Origin: a virus
Reading direction: 5' to 3' (one strand)
DNA length: 64,000 nt
IMG/VR virus record: IMGVR_UViG_3300042387_001967
Under the pieces are notes generated by a model that made no database searches, was not told where the DNA came from, and was given only the letters and a program-made list of their open reading frames with translations. Made by a program: the position numbers and the translations under genes. Below, in pieces: positions 55,370 through 63,825 of this stretch (position 1 is its first letter; each line of letters starts with the position of its first letter).

Positions 55370-58300
55370 TCAGCCGAAACGGCTCGCCGCTTGTCCCGTC
55401 TGGCTCGGCGCAGCAGGAAGTGGCGTCGCGGCTGACCCAGCTGGGTCAGCAGGAAGTGGCGTCGCGGCTGACCCAGCTGGCGCTGCGGGTTTGTCGTAGC
55501 CGCCCATCCATTTTTTGGCGTAGTGACCAACCAGCGGCATCGCAGCAGCCATCAGATAGGTAGGCAGACCCGCGAAAGATTTCAGCGCCGGGAGGCGCTT
55601 ACTGCCGAGCGCGCGAAGACTCTTGTATCCGCGACGACCAGCGTCCAGCTCACTCGCCAGTGTCGCACCACCGAAAGCAGTGCCTGCCAGCGCGATGTTG
55701 CGCCCAGTTGTCTCGTCCTTCGCAAACAGCCCTGCCTGTCCCAGTCCCAGCATTCCGCGCGCGCCGATTAAGTTGGCACGAAATAGCGCGCGCCCACCTT
55801 GTGCGTGCCCGAGCTCATGCGCCAGCGCACCCGGGCGCATCATTCGTTCGGACAGGCCAATTTGTGGTCTGCCGTTTGGTTCGTGGTAAAATGCCTCTGG
55901 CGCCGCTGGCTTAAAGAAATTCGCCGCGGAATAACGAGGCTGTTCGACACGCCCCAGCCTGACTCCGCTGCTGACGGCTTGATTGGACAGACGATTAAAA
56001 ATTTTCTGCTCCGCCCGTGTGTTCTCCGCTCCGTGAATCCACGGCGCTACGCGCGTCGCGTAGGCGAGGCTCGCCGCAGCCGCTGGCACCTGCACCATCG
56101 AACCGCCGAGTAATCCCCAACGCCAATCCAGTCCCTCGTTGTCCCCCTTCAGAAACTCGCCGACTGCCGCCGCCTTCACCATCTGCCCCGCAAACGGCTT
56201 CTTGTGGTCCCCGTCCTTCAGCCACTCCTTGAACTGCGCAAAGGTGCACGTGCTCGCCGGCATCTCCGGCCATCCCCGCTGGTAGTTGCTGCGATACAAC
56301 CGGACACCCTCGTCCTGGCTGTCGCACCCGAGTAAAAATTTCGACTCGTCGTATTTACCCCCGAGATGCTGATCGATCACGACCACCAGCTCGCTCGCCT
56401 TGTTGGGACCGACGAACACGTCGAGGTGATCCCCGTCGATGGCTTTCGGTCGCACGCGCTCGCCCGACTTCCCGCCGGCCGCGGAGCGAATGTATCCGTA
56501 GGGGCACGTCAGCACCGACTCCCATTTTTTACCTTCCTTGGTGGTGCCACGGCGAATGCTGCCTTTCTCGTTCTCGATCGTGATGTCGATACCATGGAAG
56601 TCCACGTGGCCCATCTTGAAATTTTGAGACTCGATTTGAGCCTGGCTGGGATTCGGGCGCGCGTGGTCGATCCGACGATACCGGGCCAGCTTCTCGAACG
56701 GTGTGATTGCGGCGATGGCCGCAGACTTGAGCATACTCCCCGGACGTTGAAATGGCACCGCATAATTCGCCGCCGCATGTGCCCGCGCAGACAATACGCG
56801 ACCAAGCAACCCGTTCGACATGCCAGGATACTGCTGCCGCAGAAAGTCACGCGTCGCCGTCAATCCTTCGCGATCTTTTTCCAGCATGTAGGCAATCGGT
56901 AACCTCTTAGCCTGCATACCGCCGAGCGAAGCAGGCAACCCCGTAGCTCTCAGATGTCCAACCAGTTCTCCAGGGACTTCATCCAACGAGCCAATTACCG
57001 GGCCCATAGTAGGACTCAACATGGCCGACAGGCGCCGGCGAAGATAGTTTGAAAACTGCGGCTCCAGATTTTCTTTTTGATGCCCCAGCTCGTGCGCGAG
57101 AACTCCCATGATTCCAGGTCTCGCCGGCGCTCCAGGGTCTATGGCTCCTCCGCTTACGACCACGCGGGCGCGGGGTCCGGCGACCCTGTAAGACACCCGA
57201 CCGCGATGGATGCGCCGCGGTCCAAGTCCTTCAAAATAAGAATGCGCAGAGTCGAAATTGCCGCGGCTTGCCCACCCTCCACTCTGGTCGTATTTCCGGG
57301 ACGCCAGCAGCTTGATCTTCGGCGGTAAAAGCTGCACATCTCGCAGATCTTTTGTCGACTTGTTTGCTACGCGCAGCAGAGGATGTGGCGGCGTTCCTTG
57401 CAGCTTAAACCGAAGCTCTTGCAAGGGCGCGACGCCTGCCGTCTCCTGCAGCTTAAACAACTGCGCAGGAGAAATTCCGATTCCTGGTTCGTATTTCCGC
57501 GCCCCATTGTAAAGTCTCCACAGTCCCGGCGCTTGCGGACTGAACGCATCCTGCATCACTGGGGACAGATTCTGATGCACAGCCGCACGCAGGTTGTGCG
57601 AAGTCTGCACAACCGAAGGCAGAGCAAGTTCGGGCATTCCGAGTCTTTGTAGCGAGTCCTTGCCGAGCTTTCCGGCGCGCAGCAGATCAGTCAGACGGTT
57701 GGCCGACTTCGTCCTCGGCGGTCCGTAACGCTCGCAGACCTCGCACATCTCGACGTCTGGTAACGGCTCGCCCTTGGGCAATTCATTGCCGCATCCTGGG
57801 CATTTGGCTGCTGCGCTTTTGGTCCTCACCGAATCGGCGATGTCGTCTGCCCATTTATCCACGGTATCGTAGCGGGCGTCGAATCCTGGTAGAGCCGCAA
57901 TCTCACTGTCGAGGCTGGCGGCGGACTTCTCCTGTGTCAGTTTGTCCGCCGTTCGCTTCCCCGTGCGGACGGCATCCAGTCCTGCCAGGCCGGCGACGCC
58001 CAGGGCTCCGAGGCCGAATGCTGCTCTGAATGCGCCGTTGGCCTTCAAATTCTTCAGTATCTCAGGACTGCGACCGCGGATCAGCGCCCACAAACTGGGT
58101 GTGCCTTTGTAAACACGACGACTGGGAATCGTCCAATCCACGGAAAAATTATGTATGTCCGGTTTGTTCCAGGCTCCAGGCCGTGACGTTATTACATCCG
58201 GGACTGCGCGCCGTAACTCGTCGGGTGTCAGCGTAGTTGACAAAACGACACCTTGACTTCCGGGAGTAGCATGAGCCGCTGATTCTGCGTAGCTCTTCGC

Positions 58301-59143
58301 CTCTGTCTTCCCCCCAAAAAATCCTTTTGAGAGAAATGTCTTCGGTGTTGATAGGTTTTGCTTAATCTTTTCCAGTCTCGTCAGCTCTTCCGCCACGTCG
58401 CGCTGAATAAGGTTTTCAGGGACGCCGTTTCTCTTTGAGGCATCCTGAAGCCTGCCGATTTCTTCAGCCTTCAAAGCGACCCACTTGTCTACGTTGTTGT
58501 GCGGCTTTAGACCGTCCCGTATGATGCCAGGCAGATGTTCGGTCGACGTGCCGTGATACATCTCCGATGGATTCAACAGTGTGCGCGCCGCGCCCTTCAA
58601 AGCCTTGTAGCCGACGAACGAGTCTGCGCCGATGCGCAGCGGATTGACGACGCCCTCAGATACGGAGAGACCATCGTGTTCCGCAGCGGACTGCTTCTCC
58701 ATAGACGCTATTTTTTCCGCAAGCGTCGCCGCGCCGCGCACAGCTGCGGTTCCCAGTGTTCCGACCGCCTGGCGGACATCTGGGTTGAGCAAGCCGCGCA
58801 TCATGTCCGTTACAAACTGCCGGCGGTCCACGGGTCTATTGCTCATGCCTTTGACCGCCGCCTCGCGGGAACGCATCTGCAGCAGACGCAGCGGGTCGTG
58901 CGCCTTCGCTGCGTGATCGACTTTGGACGCCACGCCCATCACGCCAAGGGCCGGCGCGAGCACTGGGGCGGCCACTGCCTTGCCAATATTTTCAACGGCG
59001 CTTCGGCGCCCCATCGCGACAGGATTGGTTAGGGCATGCTCGACTTTGCCCAGGCCGACGCCGCGCAGAGAGCGCATAGTGCGCAGAAGATCGCCCACCG
59101 CCAAAAATACGTTGGCCGACTTGGTATGCGCCGTTTTGTTCAC
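55370..59143 (-). CDS. Polyvalent protein: ART-like + Zn finger + zincin + InPase-like + membrane zincin
   Basis: Likely GTG start at 59143 (GTGA overlap; MNKTAHTKSAN). MYHGT..GL.P (about 58130-58565), CPGC..CEVC, HELGH 57080-57094, InPase-like 'SQAQIESQNFKMGH..YGYI..DGDHLDVFVG..DESKF..Y..GW' (about 56190-56660), HELGH 55805-55819. Confidence 0.72.
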   Translation of the reverse strand: MNKTAHTKSANVFLAVGDLLRTMRSLRGVGLGKVEHALTNPVAMGRRSAVENIGKAVAAPVLAPALGVMGVASKVDHAAKAHDPLRLLQMRSREAAVKGMSNRPVDRRQFVTDMMRGLLNPDVRQAVGTLGTAAVRGAATLAEKIASMEKQSAAEHDGLSVSEGVVNPLRIGADSFVGYKALKGAARTLLNPSEMYHGTSTEHLPGIIRDGLKPHNNVDKWVALKAEEIGRLQDASKRNGVPENLIQRDVAEELTRLEKIKQNLSTPKTFLSKGFFGGKTEAKSYAESAAHATPGSQGVVLSTTLTPDELRRAVPDVITSRPGAWNKPDIHNFSVDWTIPSRRVYKGTPSLWALIRGRSPEILKNLKANGAFRAAFGLGALGVAGLAGLDAVRTGKRTADKLTQEKSAASLDSEIAALPGFDARYDTVDKWADDIADSVRTKSAAAKCPGCGNELPKGEPLPDVEMCEVCERYGPPRTKSANRLTDLLRAGKLGKDSLQRLGMPELALPSVVQTSHNLRAAVHQNLSPVMQDAFSPQAPGLWRLYNGARKYEPGIGISPAQLFKLQETAGVAPLQELRFKLQGTPPHPLLRVANKSTKDLRDVQLLPPKIKLLASRKYDQSGGWASRGNFDSAHSYFEGLGPRRIHRGRVSYRVAGPRARVVVSGGAIDPGAPARPGIMGVLAHELGHQKENLEPQFSNYLRRRLSAMLSPTMGPVIGSLDEVPGELVGHLRATGLPASLGGMQAKRLPIAYMLEKDREGLTATRDFLRQQYPGMSNGLLGRVLSARAHAAANYAVPFQRPGSMLKSAAIAAITPFEKLARYRRIDHARPNPSQAQIESQNFKMGHVDFHGIDITIENEKGSIRRGTTKEGKKWESVLTCPYGYIRSAAGGKSGERVRPKAIDGDHLDVFVGPNKASELVVVIDQHLGGKYDESKFLLGCDSQDEGVRLYRSNYQRGWPEMPASTCTFAQFKEWLKDGDHKKPFAGQMVKAAAVGEFLKGDNEGLDWRWGLLGGSMVQVPAAAASLAYATRVAPWIHGAENTRAEQKIFNRLSNQAVSSGVRLGRVEQPRYSAANFFKPAAPEAFYHEPNGRPQIGLSERMMRPGALAHELGHAQGGRALFRANLIGARGMLGLGQAGLFAKDETTGRNIALAGTAFGGATLASELDAGRRGYKSLRALGSKRLPALKSFAGLPTYLMAAAMPLVGHYAKKWMGGYDKPAAPAGSAATPLPADPAGSAATPLPAAPSQTGQAASRFG
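55411..55480. repeat. 34-bp tandem direct repeat (period 36) with a 20-bp palindrome at the junction
   Basis: cagcaggaagtggcgtcgcggctgacccagctgg twice; gctgacccagctgggtcagc at 55431-55450. Confidence 0.85.
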
Positions 59144-61062
59144 AGTCCGTAAAAACGATTCAGGACTTCTTGTGCAGCCTCCAGGTGCGACGGCAGCGCA
59201 TTCTTCGACCATTTTCCATGTCCAGCCGCGACGGCGCGAGTGTGTGCAAGATTCTCACGGATCAGATTGCCCTGCGCGTCCACCATGTTCACATGTTTTC
59301 CTAGCCACGACGCATCGTTCGAGGCGCCTGGAATCGCCGGAGCGACCGGCAACCGGGCGGCAAGACGCGGGTCGGACGCGTGCAGGCGTCTGACAGCCGT
59401 CGCTGCGTTGGCTGGTGCGTGCACCTTACTGAACGGCACCCAGCGACCCGCTGATTCGGCGCCGCTGCCAGTGCCGCTGGACACATACATCGGCTGCTTC
59501 ATGACATCCACGTTGGCTTTGTCGTATATCGCTTTGCCGCTCGGGTCATACCCGGTGCGGTAGCGCTGCCGCATTACCATCGGGGACATCTGACGCCCGC
59601 CAGCGGTTCCCACGTCGTCGACCCCAGCTTGAAAGTAATCGACCAAACCGACGCCGTGCTGCTTGGCACCGGGCAGCCTGGCTTCGGCAGACCCCATGTA
59701 GCGCAGGTTCGGATTGCGACGCGTGACGTCATCCACGCTGTTGATCATCCCAAGCCCTCGGCGCCCGATGAGGCGGCTGTTCGTCGCAAGCGCATCCTCG
59801 ACGGCGCCTACGAACTGGTTTGGGATACCGTGGTTCTTGGGAAGTCTGGATGTCGCGCGCGCCAAACCAGCCCCGGCAGCTCGCAGGCCACTGCCTGCAG
59901 CCCGCAGAAGGGCGGTCGCGGACTTCTCCATCGGCGCCGCGATTCCGCCGAGCCGTTCGATCGTGCTGCCGGACTTGAACATCAACGCGGGATCCGGTCC
60001 GAGGATACGATCGGCACGGCGCGACATCAGTTCCCGGAGAGCCTCCGGGTTCTCAGCATGCATGCGCATCATGCGAGGATTCCGCCTGATCGAGTCCGTC
60101 CACGGCGTCGTGTTCAGTCCCGATACCTGCTCGAACTGTGTTGCAGCCGGACCGCCCTGCGTCCACCGCACCGACTGAGCTGTCTGGTTCCTGTAGTTCT
60201 GCGCGGCGCGTGAGGCGCGACCGGCAGGGAAGTATCCGTGCTGCTTGGACAGCCAAAGCGGTTCACGATCGAAGCCGGACGCACGCAACTCGGTACCGAG
60301 AAACGGATTGTGCCGCGGCATGACAGTCGTCTCCGCATTACCGAGCATCTGCGAGTAGTTTTGACTGGCGTTGCGCGCGCGGTTGCGGGCAGTCCCTGTG
60401 ACCGCTTCCTCGGGACCCCAGGGTCTCCAGACCTTCTGTCCTGGCGCCGACCCGTAGTGGTGGATCGCCTCCATCGTGTTGGCGGAATACAGCGGCGACC
60501 GCGCTAACCGCTTCTCGGGCTCCAGAAACGGCGTGTGCAGCCGCCCATACAAGCTCGCTGTTGCTTTGTCAGGCGCTGCGTAATGGAACGCGCCGCCAAA
60601 AGATCCACCTCCCCAGGGGTCGCCGCCGACGGTGCCGCGAAAGAGTCGCCCATCCGCTGCAGGCACCGGCTGCCCGTGGCGCCGGAACAGCTTTTCGTGT
60701 GTGGACGGCACGTGCATACGGTCGAGCTCTGCCAGCCAGGCACTGTCGCCCTGTGCCTTGAACGGAGCGAGGCGAGTCTGCTTCGCGTCTGCTGCGATGT
60801 TGGCCACCCGCCTACTGATCAAATCCCGGCCCGGCTCGCGCAGCGTGGTACCCACGGCTTGCTTGAGCGCGGACAGATTCGTCCAATGCGGCTTAGCTTC
60901 AATTCCCATGCGTCCGAGAAGCTCAGGCAAATGACTCAGCATCCGCCATTTCTTCTGCGCCTCCTTCTCCATCTCAGGCGACGCACCGAACACCCGCAAA
61001 TCTCGCGGCATCGCCTGCGCGAGCGCTGTGCTGTAAGCGTGTGAGTTTCGTGTCAGTCCCAT
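59140..61062 (-). CDS. KxA polyprotein with an ADP-ribosyltransferase-like module
   Basis: Likely start ATG 61062. EKEAQ, 'RLFRGT...FHYAAPDKATASLY', FKSG, EKSAT, then a second unknown module. Confidence 0.55.
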   Translation of the reverse strand: MGLTRNSHAYSTALAQAMPRDLRVFGASPEMEKEAQKKWRMLSHLPELLGRMGIEAKPHWTNLSALKQAVGTTLREPGRDLISRRVANIAADAKQTRLAPFKAQGDSAWLAELDRMHVPSTHEKLFRRHGQPVPAADGRLFRGTVGGDPWGGGSFGGAFHYAAPDKATASLYGRLHTPFLEPEKRLARSPLYSANTMEAIHHYGSAPGQKVWRPWGPEEAVTGTARNRARNASQNYSQMLGNAETTVMPRHNPFLGTELRASGFDREPLWLSKQHGYFPAGRASRAAQNYRNQTAQSVRWTQGGPAATQFEQVSGLNTTPWTDSIRRNPRMMRMHAENPEALRELMSRRADRILGPDPALMFKSGSTIERLGGIAAPMEKSATALLRAAGSGLRAAGAGLARATSRLPKNHGIPNQFVGAVEDALATNSRLIGRRGLGMINSVDDVTRRNPNLRYMGSAEARLPGAKQHGVGLVDYFQAGVDDVGTAGGRQMSPMVMRQRYRTGYDPSGKAIYDKANVDVMKQPMYVSSGTGSGAESAGRWVPFSKVHAPANAATAVRRLHASDPRLAARLPVAPAIPGASNDASWLGKHVNMVDAQGNLIRENLAHTRAVAAGHGKWSKNALPSHLEAAQEVLNRFYGL

Positions 61063-61158
61063 TTGCCGAACGTGTAACAGACAATGCCGATGATTGCCAC
61101 ACCTGAAACACACGCAATGATCAGGCACGCCGCTTGCACGCTCGCGATCATGAGTGGT

Positions 61159-61503
61159 TTATTTGGGGGCGGGGGTTGGGGCGGCGGGCGGCAACGTCAT
61201 CGCGTCGCGCCATTTCTTCAGTGCCTCCATGTCCAGCCAGAGCTTCCCGTAATCCGCGTCGAGCCGCACCAGCGCTGTCCGACTCTCCTTCATCAGGTTG
61301 ACCATGCCGGGCTCCTTGTCAGTGCCGAGCAGCATCTCCTTGAACTGCCGGTGCTCATTCTGCCAGTCGCGCTTCGCCACGGCATTGTCGATGGTCCAAT
61401 TCCAGGTCTTGTATCCGATGACCACGGCGGCCGCAATGGTCGAGACCACCTTGAAGGTTTTGTCGGTGACGGTGAAGCGGAATTGCGACGTCTCCTCGGG
61501 CAT
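61159..61503 (-). CDS. Single-TM lysis-cassette protein (holin/antiholin-like)
   Basis: N-terminal TM plus coiled coil, next to the endolysin. Confidence 0.45.
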   Translation of the reverse strand: MPEETSQFRFTVTDKTFKVVSTIAAAVVIGYKTWNWTIDNAVAKRDWQNEHRQFKEMLLGTDKEPGMVNLMKESRTALVRLDADYGKLWLDMEALKKWRDAMTLPPAAPTPAPK

Positions 61504-61509
61504 TTGGAT

Positions 61510-62442
61510 TTACAACGGTGAGCGGTGGACGGCGGGCATGCCGACAAATCCACACGCCTCACGGATGGCGAGCAGATGCTCCTCAAATGCCGGACCAGGG
61601 TCGTTCTTGCGCTGTGTGATTCGGTCGTGGCCGGTCACGTCATGCAGTTCGTAGCGGGCGACCAGCAGCTTGCTGAGCGCCAGCACCGAGGCGATCTGTG
61701 CCGGGTAGAAAATCTCCCACTCATCTCCGCCGTTTTGTTTTCCCGACCAGTGCGGTGCGAGCACGGTGGCGAATCCGGGGACGTTTTTGCGTCCCCATCC
61801 GAACGCGCCTTTCGAGTCGCCCAAGTTCGCAATCTCAATTCCGATGGCTTCGTCGTTTCCGCCTTTACCATTGGCGGAACTGTAAAGTATGCCGGTTGCG
61901 GGATCGACCCACTGGCTCCTGCCTGCGTGAAATGCTTTTTGATTGCAGGGAACGTGCTGCACGATTGTTCCGTCCCGATCGATCGTGAAGTGCGCCGAGA
62001 CGCCTCGCGCCTTCATAACGTCCACAGCACCGTCAACGTCCTTGATGCAGTCGCCGTTCAGATCCCCGTCCCCATCCGCACCTCCGGTGAAGTGCTCGAC
62101 AAGGTAGCGCGGCTTGAGAGGGCCTCCACTGGAAAGCGGCTGCCGCCACACACCAACGAGCCAGTGATCCGACCCCATGTTCAGCCCACCGGGAATCAGG
62201 ACGTCGATCTTGGGGGCTTCCTTCCCTGCAATTGCAGCCTGAAGGCGACCCTCGGACTTCACGCCCCAGCGTCCGTCCACATCGTCACCCTCGAATCCGA
62301 GGACGGCCTGCACGAGCTTGATTGTCGCCCCGTCCGCCTGGGTGAGGGCCGTGCGTGACTTCCGTCCGAAGTCGTTGTCGATTTTGAATGCGTAAAAACC
62401 CGCGTCCTTCAGGGTCTGTTGGATGCGTTCGATCTTGGTCAT
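61510..62442 (-). CDS. Endolysin: N-acetylmuramoyl-L-alanine amidase (Amidase_2) with N-terminal PG-binding domains
   Basis: 'VEHFT', 'SAHFTIDRDG', 'AFHAG', 'IGIEIAN', 'GHDRI..RKNDPG'. Two PG_binding_1-like repeats (IDNDFG, VDGRWG). Confidence 0.88.
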   Translation of the reverse strand: MTKIERIQQTLKDAGFYAFKIDNDFGRKSRTALTQADGATIKLVQAVLGFEGDDVDGRWGVKSEGRLQAAIAGKEAPKIDVLIPGGLNMGSDHWLVGVWRQPLSSGGPLKPRYLVEHFTGGADGDGDLNGDCIKDVDGAVDVMKARGVSAHFTIDRDGTIVQHVPCNQKAFHAGRSQWVDPATGILYSSANGKGGNDEAIGIEIANLGDSKGAFGWGRKNVPGFATVLAPHWSGKQNGGDEWEIFYPAQIASVLALSKLLVARYELHDVTGHDRITQRKNDPGPAFEEHLLAIREACGFVGMPAVHRSPL

Positions 62443-62654
62443 GATTTTTTTTCGGTGACTTTTTGAGCGACCTTTCCGCCGAGCATCAGGCCGGAGAAGG
62501 TGAGCAGGCTGTTTGGAATCTCAGGCAGGCCCGGCTGCGCGAGGCAGACGATCAACCAGGCAAAGATCAGTGCGGCGAACCACAGGACCATGCAGAAGCG
62601 CATGGCTGAGACGGCGCCGTCCTCGGACAGCATTGAGAGGATGAATTTTTTCAT
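62439..62654 (-). CDS. Holin-like two-TM protein
   Basis: 71 aa from MKKFILS, two TM helices, basic C-terminus, overlaps the endolysin start. Confidence 0.55.
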   Translation of the reverse strand: MKKFILSMLSEDGAVSAMRFCMVLWFAALIFAWLIVCLAQPGLPEIPNSLLTFSGLMLGGKVAQKVTEKKS

Positions 62655-62656
62655 AA

Positions 62657-63181
62657 TTAGATGAGTCGGGTGATGATATAAAAAAGTCCGCTCGATGCCG
62701 CCACGCCGGCGGCCAGGCAGATTGCAATGCGCACCGCCCACAGCATCCACGATGGCTTGTCCTTGGTGATGTTCTTGGTGGTGAGGAAGGCGCCGAGGAA
62801 TGCCAGCCCAAACAGGACGGTGAGGACTGTGTTGCCGAAGACCTTCCAATTGCGCAATTGCTTCTCCAGCTTCTCATTCAAATCCTGCATCACCTTGAAA
62901 TTCTCCGCGGCAATTACGGCAGCGTCGCCGGCCGCCTTCAATTGCGCAGCGAGGAGACCTGACTTCCCTTGCAGGCTCAGGATCGTCCCGGCCTGGTCGA
63001 TGATCGTCGCATTCAATGCTTCCCGGCCCGCGCTGATTGCCTCCGTCACCTGCTGGAGCTGCTCGAACTGCTCGATGGGCACCATGATGAACCGCGGCTT
63101 GGGCGGCTCGTCCTGGCAGTAGGCAGCCTGCAGGAGCCCCCATGCGAGGATGGGCCAGAGGAATGCGCGAACGGAGTTCAT
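62657..63181 (-). CDS. Membrane-anchored coiled-coil protein (i-spanin candidate)
   Basis: Signal peptide, long coiled coil, two C-terminal TM helices. Confidence 0.45.
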   Translation of the reverse strand: MNSVRAFLWPILAWGLLQAAYCQDEPPKPRFIMVPIEQFEQLQQVTEAISAGREALNATIIDQAGTILSLQGKSGLLAAQLKAAGDAAVIAAENFKVMQDLNEKLEKQLRNWKVFGNTVLTVLFGLAFLGAFLTTKNITKDKPSWMLWAVRIAICLAAGVAASSGLFYIITRLI

Positions 63182-63435
63182 TTGGATTTGGGGCGCAGGC
63201 TGTTCAGGATGGACTGCAGAATATCGATGTCGTCGCCCAGCTTGTCGGAGCTGGCTTTGAGTTTCGCATTGCTGCGCTCAAGGGTGCCGCCGATTCTCAG
63301 GATCTCCTTGCCGCTGCCTCGGGCCTCGCCGATGTGCTGGCCTGTCGCGGTGATAGCGCGGTTGGAGCCCACGGGCGCCGTGGCGCAGCCGGCGAACGCC
63401 AGGCCAACCAACATGGAGAGAAGGCGCAGTTGCAT
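63178..63435 (-). CDS. Lipoprotein (o-spanin candidate)
   Basis: Lipobox LAFAG-C followed by a coiled coil. Confidence 0.5.
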   Translation of the reverse strand: MQLRLLSMLVGLAFAGCATAPVGSNRAITATGQHIGEARGSGKEILRIGGTLERSNAKLKASSDKLGDDIDILQSILNSLRPKSK

Positions 63436-63501
63436 TGGGTGACGCTGCCGTATTATCGGAGGACTGTCCAGCCTGGAATTGCCTTGCCGCCGCTCAGGGT
63501 T

Positions 63502-63825
63502 TCACCGCTTCACCGCACGTTGCAGCTCCTTCAGATCCTCCTGCTGCGCCTGGGTCAACGTGCGCAATGCCGAGATGGCCTTATCGTTTTCACGGTCGAC
63601 TTTCTCAATCCGGGAGTGCAGTTCGATTTGCACCCTTTTCGCTTCGATGAAATCGTGCTGCAACCGGGAGACTCGTTCCCCCGTGACTGCATTCCCGGCC
63701 CAGAACGACAGGAACCCGGAGAGGATGCCGACGGCGATGCCGAGATACGCAACGGTTTCTTTTTTGCCGTTGGCGTTCGTCCGCATCTCCCGCAGGAGCT
63801 GGAGGATTTCTTCATTTCCGGGCAT
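63502..63825 (-). CDS. Single-TM coiled-coil protein (holin-like)
   Basis: 107 aa with TM 'VAYLGIAVGILSGFLSFW'. Confidence 0.45.
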   Translation of the reverse strand: MPGNEEILQLLREMRTNANGKKETVAYLGIAVGILSGFLSFWAGNAVTGERVSRLQHDFIEAKRVQIELHSRIEKVDRENDKAISALRTLTQAQQEDLKELQRAVKR

